Positions 45,627 through 55,862 of a stretch of 64,000 bases of DNA are shown piece by piece. This DNA is from Candidatus Nanosyncoccus sp. (GTDB taxonomy: Bacteria; Patescibacteriota; Saccharimonadia; Saccharimonadales; Saccharimonadaceae). Position 1 is the stretch's first letter. Every line of letters begins with the position of its first letter. The position numbers were made by a program, and so were the translations under genes. The notes beneath the pieces were generated by a model that saw nothing but the letters and a program-made list of their open reading frames with translations, ran no database searches and had not been told where the DNA came from. Where the stretch lies: contig JAZUOZ010000016.1 in assembly GCA_045604925.1 (NCBI GenBank), positions 15,220-79,219 on the forward strand, written 5' to 3'.

Positions 45627-46226
45627 ATGGATAGTTCAAATAGTTCTAAAATGGAAAAAGCGAAAATGAGAGCTCAGAAGAGGGCTCAAAAGATTAAAAA
45701 ATCTGGTTTTTTGAAAGAGTTTAAGGAGTTTATTAGTCAGGGCAGTGTGATGGATTTGGCCATTGGTGTTGTTATCGGTACTGCGTTTTCGGCTATTGTT
45801 ACTTCGCTGGTGAACGATATTATTATGCCACTGGTTAGCTTGATTGGTGGCGGTACTGATTTTACTAAGTTATCTATCACTATTCCAAACTTTTTTGGCG
45901 AGGATACTGCGGCGGTTATTCAATACGGTAATTTTATCCAAAACGTGGTCAATTTCTTGTTGATTGCGATTTCGCTGTTTCTGGTCATCCGTGGCCTCAA
46001 TAGGATTAACAAACGTGCAAAAGCAGCTGCTGTGAGAGCTGAAAAACGTCTTGGTATTGAGCAAGAAGACAAAAAAGACGACGACAGCGAGAAAGATGAA
46101 GACGGTAAAAAAGATGAAGCTGGTGTTAATGAAAAATTGGCCAAGGACATTAAATCTGCTAATGCCGAACAAACTAAACTTCTAAAAGAAATTCTAAAAG
46201 AGCTGAAGAAAACTAACAAAAACTAA
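45627..46226 (+). CDS. mscL: Large-conductance mechanosensitive channel with a long charged C-terminal extension
   Basis: FLKEFKEFISQGSVMDLAIGVVIGTAFSAIVTSLVNDIIMP is the MscL TM1 signature, followed by TM2. A K/D/E-rich tail of roughly 75-80 aa is extra. Confidence 0.85.
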   Translation: MDSSNSSKMEKAKMRAQKRAQKIKKSGFLKEFKEFISQGSVMDLAIGVVIGTAFSAIVTSLVNDIIMPLVSLIGGGTDFTKLSITIPNFFGEDTAAVIQYGNFIQNVVNFLLIAISLFLVIRGLNRINKRAKAAAVRAEKRLGIEQEDKKDDDSEKDEDGKKDEAGVNEKLAKDIKSANAEQTKLLKEILKELKKTNKN

Positions 46227-46852
46227 CGAGAAATAAAATCGTTAAATTGGTCGTAGAGTTGGTCGAGGTTGGTTTTTGAGGCAGAGAGAGTAGCGGCGGT
46301 GCTTTCGGACTTGGCATGTTTGATGGCGTCGGACTCTAGGTTAGATAGCATACTGATAGCATAAGTAAAATCATGGGCATAGATACGATCAAGGCGGCCG
46401 CTGATGCGGGCATCTTCTAAGGACTCGGTAAGGCTGGCGAGATCTTGGCTTTCTTCGTCGTTGACTTTTTGACTATTTGCTTTGCCAGAAGTAGCCTCGT
46501 ATTCTTCTTTGAGGATGGAAGAGACGCTGTAGCTGGTCTCTGCCAGGACGGCATTAAGAGAATTACCCATGGAACGAAGTTCGGAAGATTTAACCTTGTT
46601 ATTGTAGGTAGAGATAGCACTCATAAGATTATTGGTGCGAAGATAGATACGATCAAGATAATCGCGTTCGGATGATTGGCCGCTAACGCCACTGATAATT
46701 GCTCCGACGATGATAATAAGGATTGCGGCAATAAAACCGCCGATGATAAACTTACCCATGCGTGGGGAGATATTGAATCCGAAAAAACCTTGGTTAGATT
46801 TGGTTTTGCGGCTTTCGGAAGAAATCTGTTCGAGATATTCCTTATTGTTCAT
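46223..46852 (-). CDS. Membrane-anchored hypothetical protein
   Basis: I trimmed this to MNNKEYLEQ (ATG at 46852), because the longer track ORF would overlap dnaG. It has one TM helix (FIIGGFIAAILIIIVGAII). Confidence 0.5.
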   Translation of the reverse strand: MNNKEYLEQISSESRKTKSNQGFFGFNISPRMGKFIIGGFIAAILIIIVGAIISGVSGQSSERDYLDRIYLRTNNLMSAISTYNNKVKSSELRSMGNSLNAVLAETSYSVSSILKEEYEATSGKANSQKVNDEESQDLASLTESLEDARISGRLDRIYAHDFTYAISMLSNLESDAIKHAKSESTAATLSASKTNLDQLYDQFNDFISR

Positions 46853-46889
46853 GCTTATAGTATAGCATATTTTGGTATATAATATAGGT

Positions 46890-48506
46890 ATGAATGATGC
46901 CAAAGAAGAAATTCGGGCGCGGCTTGCCGTAGAAGATGTAGTTGGGCAATACATTGAGTTGAAACGCGCAGGGCGGAATTTGAAGGGGAGGAGTCCCTGG
47001 GGCGTAGACAAGACTCCATCTTTTATGGTGTCGCCGGAGAAGGGGATTTGGCATGATTTTTCTGCGAACAAGGGTGGCGACATCTTTACTTTTATTATGG
47101 AAGTTGAGGGGATATCTTTTCGCGAGGCGTTAGAAAAACTGGCGGCGCAGGCCGGAGTAGAGTTAAAAAAATATAGTTCTGGTGATAAAAAAATTGCTCA
47201 GAGAAAGGCGCGGGCACGTGAGGCTTTGGAGCTTGCGACTAGATATTATCAAGTGGCGCTTTCGAAGAATAAGTCGGTGATTGATTACGTTTTTTATAAA
47301 CGGAATATGAACCGAGGGACAGTAAAAGAATTTCGGATTGGGTATTCGCCAAGGACTGGCGATGCTTTAATCAAATTTTTAGAAAAAAAGGGTTACTCAA
47401 AAAATGAAATGGCAGACGCGGGGCTATTAAACAGGTTTGATAAAGATCTATTTAAGGGCCGGATGATGGTGCCGTTTATTGATACAAATGGGCAGGTAAT
47501 TGGCTATACGGCTAGAGTGCTAGACGGCGGCGAGCCAAAATATTTGAATACGCCAGAGACACTGCTATTTAATAAATCACGATTTATCTTTGGACTATAT
47601 CATGCTAAGGAGGCAATTAGAAGAGAAGGTTTTGTGGTGATTGTCGAGGGGAACATGGATGTAATTTCTTCGCATCAAGCGGGTGTGAAACAGGCGGTGG
47701 CAACTAGTGGCACGGCCATGACAGAGCAGCACTTAAAGATTTTGTCGCGGATGACATCAGATGTGCGGCTAGCGTATGATTGCGACGATGCTGGAGTAAA
47801 AGCGACAGAGAGAGCCATAAATTTAGCGGGGAATCTAGGCATAAATTTGTCCGTCATCTCTGATTATCATGGTGCGAAAGACCCAGATGAGTTGATTCAG
47901 AAAGGTGCGGATCTTTGGCAAGCGGCGGTGCAAAAAAATCGTCCGGCGGTGGATTGGCTACTAGATAAATATGAAGAAAAACTAGATCTATTTAGTGCAA
48001 GAGGTAAAAAAGAGTACTCAGATATTGCGCTTAGGGTAATTTCTTATATTTCGGATCCAGTTGAGAAAAAACATTACGAACAAGCTGTAGCCAAAAAATT
48101 GGATGTGTCCGTGGATGACCTGAAAGCAAAAAAAGTTGATACCAGCGGCACAAGGAGGATGAAACAAGTCAAAACAAAGGGGGTGAAGAGCGAACGAACG
48201 AAGGTGCTAGAAGATAATTTATTAGCGATTACGCTTTATGGCGGCGAAGCAGGCGAGGGAATAGAATTAGAAATTCCAGATGATGAGGCTAAATTAGATG
48301 AGCTGGAGTTGATATTTGAGACGAAGTATCAAAAGATGGATAGCAAAGAATTAAGGGCGGAAACAAAAGAGCTATTAAAAGCTTATCAAAAAGAAATAAA
48401 AATTCAGAAAATTGAGGCGCTAACTGAGCAATTAAAAGAAGTTGAAGAAGATGAAGAAAAAACCAAAGAGATATTACGGAAGATTGAAGGAATACAAAAA
48501 GGTTGA
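46890..48506 (+). CDS. dnaG: DNA primase with a cysteine-less zinc-binding-domain homolog
   Basis: DKTPSFMVSPEKGIWHDF, TOPRIM motifs VIVEGNMDVIS and DCDDAG. The ATG lies 6 nt after TATAAT. Confidence 0.9.
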   Translation: MNDAKEEIRARLAVEDVVGQYIELKRAGRNLKGRSPWGVDKTPSFMVSPEKGIWHDFSANKGGDIFTFIMEVEGISFREALEKLAAQAGVELKKYSSGDKKIAQRKARAREALELATRYYQVALSKNKSVIDYVFYKRNMNRGTVKEFRIGYSPRTGDALIKFLEKKGYSKNEMADAGLLNRFDKDLFKGRMMVPFIDTNGQVIGYTARVLDGGEPKYLNTPETLLFNKSRFIFGLYHAKEAIRREGFVVIVEGNMDVISSHQAGVKQAVATSGTAMTEQHLKILSRMTSDVRLAYDCDDAGVKATERAINLAGNLGINLSVISDYHGAKDPDELIQKGADLWQAAVQKNRPAVDWLLDKYEEKLDLFSARGKKEYSDIALRVISYISDPVEKKHYEQAVAKKLDVSVDDLKAKKVDTSGTRRMKQVKTKGVKSERTKVLEDNLLAITLYGGEAGEGIELEIPDDEAKLDELELIFETKYQKMDSKELRAETKELLKAYQKEIKIQKIEALTEQLKEVEEDEEKTKEILRKIEGIQKG

Positions 48507-48538
48507 ACTTTAAGATAAAATAAAGTATAATTTGAGAA

Positions 48539-49510
48539 ATGGATCAGGATAAAGATTTAGTTTTGAAAACTGGTGTTTTGGTTGAGCCAGATGAGCCTGG
48601 AGTGGGCGATCTTGCTGAAGAAGAAGAACTTTCTGATGAAGAACTGGAAATAACGGTTGATAATGTTGATGCGTTTGCAGACGATTCGGTGCGGCTATAT
48701 TTGCGCGAAATTGGTAAGATTCCACTTTTGACTCAAGAAGAAGAAAAATCCCTAGCGAAAAAAGCCGCAAAAGGTAACAAAAAGGCTAAAAATAAGATGG
48801 TCGAGGCGAATATGCGTCTTGTGGTGTCTATTGCAAAGCGCTATTCTGGACGAGGATTAGATTTTTTGGATTTGATTCAAGAAGGTAACACGGGTCTTTT
48901 GAGGGCGGTAGAAAAATTTGATCCAGAGAAAGGATTTAAGTTTTCTACTTATGCCACATGGTGGATTCGTCAAGCGATTACACGTGCAATTGCTGATCAG
49001 GCAAGAACGATTCGCATTCCTGTGCATATGGTTGAGACGATTAATAAAGTATTAAGAGTAACACGCAAATTGACACAGGAACTAAATCGTGAGCCGACCG
49101 TGGAAGAAATTGCCAAAGAGATGGATATGGATCCAGAAAAAGTCGAATACGTGATGAAAATCAAACAAGATATTGCTTCTCTAGATCAAAGTGTGGGGCG
49201 TGATGGCGACGATGAGGATTCGGTCCTAGGTGATTTTGTTGAAGACGAAGAGAGGATCAGCCCAGAAGATTCGGCGGCGAATCAAATTCTGAAAGAGCAG
49301 TTAGCAGAGATTATCTCGACATTATCTGAACGTGAGCAAAAAATTATTAAACTGCGTTTTGGTATTGGCGGGGGTAGATCACATACTTTAGAGGAAGTGG
49401 GTGCGGAATTCTCGGTTACAAGAGAGAGAATTCGTCAGATTGAGGCAAAGGCATTGTCTAAGCTGAGGAAACATAAAGATACGAAAAAATTGCACGAATA
49501 TCTAAAGTAA
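48539..49510 (+). CDS. rpoD: Primary-type RNA polymerase sigma factor
   Basis: [39 protein letters not shown] and a region 4 HTH. The ATG lies 7 nt after TATAAT. Confidence 0.9.
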   Translation: MDQDKDLVLKTGVLVEPDEPGVGDLAEEEELSDEELEITVDNVDAFADDSVRLYLREIGKIPLLTQEEEKSLAKKAAKGNKKAKNKMVEANMRLVVSIAKRYSGRGLDFLDLIQEGNTGLLRAVEKFDPEKGFKFSTYATWWIRQAITRAIADQARTIRIPVHMVETINKVLRVTRKLTQELNREPTVEEIAKEMDMDPEKVEYVMKIKQDIASLDQSVGRDGDDEDSVLGDFVEDEERISPEDSAANQILKEQLAEIISTLSEREQKIIKLRFGIGGGRSHTLEEVGAEFSVTRERIRQIEAKALSKLRKHKDTKKLHEYLK

Positions 49511-49519
49511 GGAGGTTGA

Positions 49520-49987
49520 ATGAAAAAATTAATTCTGAAAATAGTGGCCGCGCTGGTGCTAGCTACTGGGTTGGCAGCTGCTGGTGTTGGTGCGGCGATG
49601 AGTGGCGTGACTAGGCAAAGCATCGTAAGTGGAGATGGCAATAGTTTAGGTATAGCAGCGGTTTATGCTGAAGAATGTGAAGGGGAAAATTGCTGTGCCG
49701 GCGTGGAAACATCCATCATTAAGTGCGGCAATGATGAGAAAGACAACGGCGGAGGTATTTTTGTAGTAATTAACATCGTCTTGAACGTCTTGATGTTCGG
49801 TGTAGGTATTGCTGGTACTTTGGGCATCGTGATTTCTGGGATAATGTATCTGACGGCGCGCGATAATGAAGCCCAGATGACGAAAGCTAAGAGCCGGTTG
49901 ATCAATATTGCGATTGGCCTAATAGCTTATGCGGTGATGTGGGCATTCTTGCAGTGGCTACTGCCGGGTGGAATATTTGGAAATTAA
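49520..49987 (+). CDS. Secreted two-TM protein with a VirB2/TrbC-type pilin-like core
   Basis: A signal peptide, a Cys-rich segment, then VGIAGTLGIVISGIMYLTARDNEAQMTKAKSRLINIAIGLIAYAV. This matches the two-helix pilin pattern as I recall it. Confidence 0.4.
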   Translation: MKKLILKIVAALVLATGLAAAGVGAAMSGVTRQSIVSGDGNSLGIAAVYAEECEGENCCAGVETSIIKCGNDEKDNGGGIFVVINIVLNVLMFGVGIAGTLGIVISGIMYLTARDNEAQMTKAKSRLINIAIGLIAYAVMWAFLQWLLPGGIFGN

Positions 49988-50026
49988 GTAAATCAGAAAT
50001 ATTAAAAAGTGGAGTGAGGCAAATAA

Positions 50027-50668
50027 ATGAGCAAGGAAACAAAAGAAGAAGTACTGACAGAAGCAGAAATAGATGCTGAGGCTGAAGAGATCCGTGAGAA
50101 AAAGCACAACGTAAAAATTATTGCTGTGGTGGGGATGTCTGGCAGCGGCAAGAGTGTAGCCGTAGATTATTTGACCGCACAAGGGTTTCCGAAAGTGTAT
50201 TTTGGGGGGATGATTTATAAAGAAATGGCCAAGCGAGGCATCCCTAGGACCGAAGATGGTGAAAGTGAAAAGAAATTCCGAGAAATGATTCGTGAAACCG
50301 AGGGTAAAGATTGGGTCGTGAGGCAGGTAATTGATGAAGTTTATGATCTAATTAAAGCTGGACAAAAGAGAATTGTGTTAGACGGAGTATATTCTTGGAC
50401 GGAGTATAAAACATTAAAACACGAATTTCCGGGCATGCTTACGTTTCTCGCGGTTGTTGTGCCACGAGAATTACGATATAAAAGGGTGGCGGTACGCCCA
50501 GAGCGCCCATTTAACGGTGAGGAGATACGTGAGCGCGATCGTAGTGAGATCGAAAATCTAGAAAAGGGTGGGCCGATTGCGGCGGCAGATTATTATGTCT
50601 TGAATGACGGTACGGTCGAGCAAATGGAAAAAAAGATTAAAGAAATTCTGACTGAGATTGATTTTTGA
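50027..50668 (+). CDS. P-loop nucleotide kinase family protein (dephospho-CoA kinase / UPF0200-like)
   Basis: Walker A VVGMSGSGKS, DGVYSW and a RDRSEIE lid-like segment. Confidence 0.5.
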   Translation: MSKETKEEVLTEAEIDAEAEEIREKKHNVKIIAVVGMSGSGKSVAVDYLTAQGFPKVYFGGMIYKEMAKRGIPRTEDGESEKKFREMIRETEGKDWVVRQVIDEVYDLIKAGQKRIVLDGVYSWTEYKTLKHEFPGMLTFLAVVVPRELRYKRVAVRPERPFNGEEIRERDRSEIENLEKGGPIAAADYYVLNDGTVEQMEKKIKEILTEIDF

Positions 50669-53253
50669 TGAAAAAGCTTGTAATTATTGATGGCAAAAGT
50701 GTATTCTACCGCGGTTATTATGCCATGGGAAATTTGTCGACGAGCGACGGCACACCTACGGGAGGAGTGTATGGATTCGCGGTAATTGCGCTTGAAATCG
50801 TACGCGAAATCCAGCCAACGAAAGTGGTGGTGGCATGGGATAAGGCCAAAACGTCAATTAGAAAAAGGAAGGAAATATATCCAGAGTATAAGGCTGGCAG
50901 GGTAAAGCCACCCGAAGATTTTTTTGTGCAAATTCCGCTGTTAAAAAATTTGGTTGAAGCGCTGGGATGGGGGTGGTTGGAGTGCGATGACTATGAAGCA
51001 GACGACATAATTGGAACGCTGGCGCATCAGGCGTCTGCTGATAAAGATGAGTGGGATACGGTAATTGTTTCCAGTGATTTAGATATGTTGCAGGTGGTGG
51101 ATGAGCGGACTAGAATGTATAGGCTGTTGAGAGGTTTTTCTAAGCTAGAGGAACTGGATGTCCCGGCGGTGGAAGAAAAATATGGCATTAAAAAATCACA
51201 ATTTTTGGATCTTAAAGCATTAAAGGGCGATGCGAGCGATAATATTCCAGGTGTGCCAGGTGTGGGCGAGAAAACTGCGGTAAGTTTGCTTGAAAAATAT
51301 GGTACTTTGGAAAAAATTTATGAAGAAATTGATAAATTAGTAGGAGAGGGAACAGCAGGCTCTGGCGCGAGCGAGGCGGAGATTAAAACCGCAGGGTTTT
51401 CGAAAGCAGTTTTTGAGAAGTTGGTTGCCGGAAAAGACAGTGCATTGATGTCAAAAAAGCTTGCAAAAATTATGACAGATGCGCCGGTGTCACTTAATGA
51501 AATACCCGATTTGATTATTGATTCATCAAGAGTCGAACAAGCGCTGACAAAACTAGAGTTTAGGACACTAAAGACAAAATTTGAGAAAGAAATCGCCAAG
51601 CAAAAAGTGAACAAACTTACAGATTTTAAGTTTGTAGAGGAAGTTGATAGTGGTAATGAAGACGGTAGTGGAGATAATGGAGATAGCAACGACAGTTCTA
51701 AAAACGATTCTACAAGTGGCAGTGTAGCATTATCTGAGGAAGAGATAGAAAAGGCAGTTTTAAGCAGTAATTATGTAGAGAGTTTTGATGATTTGTTCAT
51801 CGCTAATGATGTAAAAAATAAAATGCATGGCGATGCAAATATTGCGGAAAATATTTTAAGTGGTAAAAAATTTTGGGACATCAATCAAGCGAGTTTTTTG
51901 TTAAATCCTTTGGCAAGAGTGAAGAATGAGAACAACGATGGCCAGAATGCATTAGATTTTGGCGATACAGAAGAAGAAAAACAAAAGAAAAAATTACAGG
52001 CGGAAGAGCAACTAGTCGAGCTTTCGCGACTAAAGAAATTAGAGCAGATTTATTTTGAATACGATTTGCCGTTGATACCAGTGCTTTATAAGATGGAGAA
52101 GAAGGGCATCAAAATCTCGCATGATTATTTTGAAAAACTTGCCGTAGAGTATAAGGCGCAGGTGGCGGAGTTAGAACAGGAGGTTTTTGACCTAGCTGGG
52201 ACAGAGTTTAATATTAATTCGCCGATGCAGCTAAGTGAAGTTTTGTTTACCAAAATGGGGCTACCTACGGCGGGGATAAAAAAGACTACCAGAGGTTATT
52301 CTACCGGCGCAAAGGAATTGGAAAAACTAAAAAAATGCTCGCCGGTGATTGAGAAAATTATGGAATATCGAGAGGCATCAAAATTACTTTCGACGTATAT
52401 TCTGCCGCTACCAGAGCTAGTGGATGATGAAGACAGGATACACACGACATTCACGCAGAACGTTACGGCGACAGGAAGGCTTTCGAGCGTTTCGCCAAAC
52501 TTACAAAATATCCCGGTGCGGACTGGAGAGGGGCGGAGAATCAGAACGGGTTTTGTAGCCGGTAGTGGTAAGAAATTAGTCTCGGCGGATTATTCGCAGT
52601 TTGAGTTGAGATTGGCAGCGGTGCTGTCTGGAGACCAGGCGCTTATAGCGGACTTTAACTCGGGGGTGGATATTCATACCAAGACGGCGGCGGACGTGTT
52701 TGGAGTGCCGATGAGCGAGGTGACAAAAGCGCAACGGCGAGCCGCTAAGACAATTAATTTTGGTGTGATGTATGGAATGAGCGCAAAGGGTTTGGCGGAT
52801 GCGACAGGCATGGGCTATTATGAGGCAAAAAAGTTTATTGATGATTATTTTGAGGTGAGAAAACCGATTCGGGAATATCTTGATAAAATTTTGAATCAGG
52901 CAAGAGAGCAAGGTTATGTAGAGACATACTATGGCAGAAGGCGTCCGACACCGGATGTAAAATCTGCCAATCATATCATAAGACAGGGCGCGGAAAGGGC
53001 CGCGCAGAATATGCCGATCCAGGGGACAGAGGCAGATTTGATGAAAAAAGCGATGATCCAGGTAGATGCAAAATTGCCAGATGGCGCAGATTTGATTTTG
53101 CAAGTACACGATTCGTTGATTGTGGAGTGTGATGAATCACAGGTAGAAAAGGTGTCAGAAATTTTGCAGAAAACGATGGAAGGAATTGCGCCAGAACTTA
53201 ACATCAAGCTTGCGGTAGAAGTGACGACCGGCAATAATTGGGGGGAGTTATAA
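50668..53253 (+). CDS. polA: DNA polymerase I (5' nuclease plus polymerase; vestigial 3'-5' exonuclease region)
   Basis: LVIIDGKSVFYRGYYA, GDASDNIPGVPGVGEKTA, DYSQFELRLAA and QVHDSLIVE. The middle region has no DxE exonuclease motif and carries a D/S/G-rich insert. Confidence 0.93.
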   Translation: MKKLVIIDGKSVFYRGYYAMGNLSTSDGTPTGGVYGFAVIALEIVREIQPTKVVVAWDKAKTSIRKRKEIYPEYKAGRVKPPEDFFVQIPLLKNLVEALGWGWLECDDYEADDIIGTLAHQASADKDEWDTVIVSSDLDMLQVVDERTRMYRLLRGFSKLEELDVPAVEEKYGIKKSQFLDLKALKGDASDNIPGVPGVGEKTAVSLLEKYGTLEKIYEEIDKLVGEGTAGSGASEAEIKTAGFSKAVFEKLVAGKDSALMSKKLAKIMTDAPVSLNEIPDLIIDSSRVEQALTKLEFRTLKTKFEKEIAKQKVNKLTDFKFVEEVDSGNEDGSGDNGDSNDSSKNDSTSGSVALSEEEIEKAVLSSNYVESFDDLFIANDVKNKMHGDANIAENILSGKKFWDINQASFLLNPLARVKNENNDGQNALDFGDTEEEKQKKKLQAEEQLVELSRLKKLEQIYFEYDLPLIPVLYKMEKKGIKISHDYFEKLAVEYKAQVAELEQEVFDLAGTEFNINSPMQLSEVLFTKMGLPTAGIKKTTRGYSTGAKELEKLKKCSPVIEKIMEYREASKLLSTYILPLPELVDDEDRIHTTFTQNVTATGRLSSVSPNLQNIPVRTGEGRRIRTGFVAGSGKKLVSADYSQFELRLAAVLSGDQALIADFNSGVDIHTKTAADVFGVPMSEVTKAQRRAAKTINFGVMYGMSAKGLADATGMGYYEAKKFIDDYFEVRKPIREYLDKILNQAREQGYVETYYGRRRPTPDVKSANHIIRQGAERAAQNMPIQGTEADLMKKAMIQVDAKLPDGADLILQVHDSLIVECDESQVEKVSEILQKTMEGIAPELNIKLAVEVTTGNNWGEL

Positions 53254-54245
53254 TGCAACGTGTGATAATTGCTTTCAACCCGAGGTCTAGTAAACAAGAA
53301 AAAATTCAGAATGAAGTTATTCGGCCGCTATCAAAAATGGGGGGATACCAAGTAGGGAAATATGAGGTAAAAAAGGCATCAGTAAACGAGAATGCTAAGC
53401 AGCTGGCAGAGATATTGCTCGATGGGGACCTTTTAGTTTCGGTGGGGGGCGATGGCACAGCAACGATGGCACTAAATGCAGCAATGATTTCTAAAAAGGA
53501 TGTGACGTTAGGTGTCTTGGGATACGGGAATTTTAATGACTTTGCAAGAATGTTGGGTGAGAAAAATTATAAGGATTTGATCTATGATTTTGAAAATGGG
53601 GCAGTACAGAGATTGTTTCCGCTGGAGGCAATTTTGGATGGGAAACGTTGGCGATATGCGGCGTGTTATTTTACGATTGGAATGTTTGCAGAAAGTACAG
53701 AGGCATTTAATGCACCAGAGGTGCGGAACAAATTGAGAAAAGGCAAAAAGGGCCTGGTCTACTCTATTATGGTGCTAAAAAAATGGTATTTTAAAAATAG
53801 AAAAAGGAATTTTTTGCCAAAAGATATTCAGCTTGATGATGTAGCAATGAATCGGATGAAAATTGCAAAATCGGGGAAGGAAAACGTAGTAACTATAAGA
53901 CCTAAAAAACGGATTTCGGATGTGATTTTTGTGAACGGCAGGACAGTGGCAAAGGTGATGCGTGGAAATGGCTATTGGCGGAGCCCAACAGAACTGTTTG
54001 TAAGCCATGGCAGACTGAAAGGGTTTTGGCGACTAGCTGCGTTTATGGCGAAAAGTATTTTTGTACATTTGCCAGGTAAAAAAGTGGGTGCGGTTATGAA
54101 TGAATGCTCGGTGAAAATTGATTTTTCTGCACCAGAAGAATTTGAGGTGCAGGCAGAGGGGGAATATGCACGAGTGAAGGCAAAAGAGTTGATTGTAAGA
54201 AAAGATGTGCGAGGAGTGAAAGTCGTCTGTCGGGACGCGAGATAG
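53253..54245 (+). CDS. Diacylglycerol/lipid kinase family protein
   Basis: VSVGGDGTATMALNA (GGDGT) of the DAGK catalytic domain. The start overlaps the polA stop (TAATG). Confidence 0.7.
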   Translation: MQRVIIAFNPRSSKQEKIQNEVIRPLSKMGGYQVGKYEVKKASVNENAKQLAEILLDGDLLVSVGGDGTATMALNAAMISKKDVTLGVLGYGNFNDFARMLGEKNYKDLIYDFENGAVQRLFPLEAILDGKRWRYAACYFTIGMFAESTEAFNAPEVRNKLRKGKKGLVYSIMVLKKWYFKNRKRNFLPKDIQLDDVAMNRMKIAKSGKENVVTIRPKKRISDVIFVNGRTVAKVMRGNGYWRSPTELFVSHGRLKGFWRLAAFMAKSIFVHLPGKKVGAVMNECSVKIDFSAPEEFEVQAEGEYARVKAKELIVRKDVRGVKVVCRDAR

Positions 54246-54276
54246 ATCTTTGTCCCTGTGGTATAATATAGATACT

Positions 54277-55215
54277 ATGCCAGAGTTGCCAGAAGTTGAG
54301 ACGATAAAGCGTGGGCTGAATAAATTTTGTGTTCAAAAGAAAATTAACAGAGTAGAAGTACGCTGCGAGAAGTCTTTTATTGGGCCAAAAGAGCTGGTAG
54401 AGGGGGCGAAAATTATTGGGTTGAGGAGGTTTGGCAAGGCGCTGGTTTTCGATCTTGATAATAGTGTTTCGATGATGGTACATCTAAGGATGACCGGGCA
54501 GTTGATATTTCGGTCTGCACCAGCGACATCCGAGATGAAAGAATCTTCTGGTTTTGCTGGAGGACACCCGAGTGATTCGTTTTTTGAGTCTTTGCCGAAT
54601 AAGCAGACGAGGGTGTTTTTTGAGATGTCTGAGGGGACATTGTTTTTTAATGATCAGAGAAAATTTGGTTTTGTGAAAGTAATTCCGACGGTCGAAGTAG
54701 AAGAAGATAAATTTATTAAAAGCCTGGCGGAGGAGCCCTGGAAGATTGAGGCGGAGACTTTTTATAATAAGTTACAGAGGCGCAAAAATTCGCCAATAAA
54801 AGCAGTAATTTTGGATCAAAAAGTGATATGTGGACTCGGAAATATTTATGCAGATGAGGCATTATATGATGCAAAAATTCATCCAGAAACACTAGCGGGG
54901 AGATTAACGAAAGCACAGGCAGCGCAACTTATAAAATCGGCGTGTAAAGTGATGGATGCATCGATTGATTCTGGTGGAAGTACGATGGCGACTTATGTAC
55001 GAGCAGATGGTACGAAAGGCGATTATTTAGAAAAATTCGCAAAAGTCTTCCGGAGAGAAGGACAAATGTGCGAACGCTGTGGAGCTGAAATAGAAAAAAT
55101 ACGCGTAGCGGGGCGTGGGACACATATTTGCCCGCTCTGCCAAAAGACTACATTGATGCAAAGTGTTGAAAAATGTAGTGTCGGAGGTCACGAAGAAACA
55201 GGAGCAGTAAGATGA
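54277..55215 (+). CDS. mutM: Formamidopyrimidine-DNA glycosylase
   Basis: N-terminal MPELPEVE, an H2TH region and a C-terminal zinc finger CERCG...CPLCQ. Confidence 0.9.
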   Translation: MPELPEVETIKRGLNKFCVQKKINRVEVRCEKSFIGPKELVEGAKIIGLRRFGKALVFDLDNSVSMMVHLRMTGQLIFRSAPATSEMKESSGFAGGHPSDSFFESLPNKQTRVFFEMSEGTLFFNDQRKFGFVKVIPTVEVEEDKFIKSLAEEPWKIEAETFYNKLQRRKNSPIKAVILDQKVICGLGNIYADEALYDAKIHPETLAGRLTKAQAAQLIKSACKVMDASIDSGGSTMATYVRADGTKGDYLEKFAKVFRREGQMCERCGAEIEKIRVAGRGTHICPLCQKTTLMQSVEKCSVGGHEETGAVR

Positions 55216-55862
55216 TCAAGATTTTTTGTGGTAGTGACAGAACTAAAATTGCGGCAGAGGTGAAGAAAATTTTAGGCGATAATTATGAAGTTTTTGATGG
55301 CGAGGAATTAAAAAACGATGATATCATAAATATTTTTAAAGGGACTTCACTTTTTGCAAAAAAACGGAAAATACTACTAAAAAATTTGACGGAAAAACGA
55401 AAGAATGCCGCCGAGGAGGATAAAGCCGAGGGTAGCCGTGATGATTTTTATGAAGAAATTGCAAAGTATGCAGACACAGAGCACGAGGTTGTGATTTGGG
55501 AAACAACACTTTCGCAGAAAAAAACTTTTAAAGATTTTGTAGAAAAAAATAATATAAAAATCGAGGAGTTTAAGCAGGCGGCGTCAGTGGATATGAGAAA
55601 AGTATTCGGAATTTTTGATACGGCGCTAAATAATGGCGAGCGAGCGATTGAGCAACTAGAAGAAATTGAAGAAAAACAAGACCCGTATATGTTTTTTGGT
55701 TTGTTGGTAAGTCAGGCGCTGAAAAAATATGAGTGGAGAAATGGACAAAAAGAAAAAAGAGTTTTGAAAGAACTTGCGAAGTTAGACATCAAACTAAAAT
55801 CCACGAGCGTTGAGCCGTGGATTTTAATTAAGAGTTTTTTGATTAGATTATCAGGAATCTAG
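55212..55862 (+). CDS. DNA polymerase III delta subunit-like protein (short)
   Basis: The N-terminal pattern F.GEEL...I....TSLFAKKRKILLKNL and the later helical domain fit HolA. It is only 216 aa. Confidence 0.45.
   Translation: MIKIFCGSDRTKIAAEVKKILGDNYEVFDGEELKNDDIINIFKGTSLFAKKRKILLKNLTEKRKNAAEEDKAEGSRDDFYEEIAKYADTEHEVVIWETTLSQKKTFKDFVEKNNIKIEEFKQAASVDMRKVFGIFDTALNNGERAIEQLEEIEEKQDPYMFFGLLVSQALKKYEWRNGQKEKRVLKELAKLDIKLKSTSVEPWILIKSFLIRLSGI

Noticed and set aside
46853-47083. N-terminal 77 codons of track ORF 46223..47083 (-)
   Set aside because: This extension would overlap the dnaG promoter and 5' coding region. The internal start MNNKEYLEQ at 46852 gives a sensible membrane-anchored protein.
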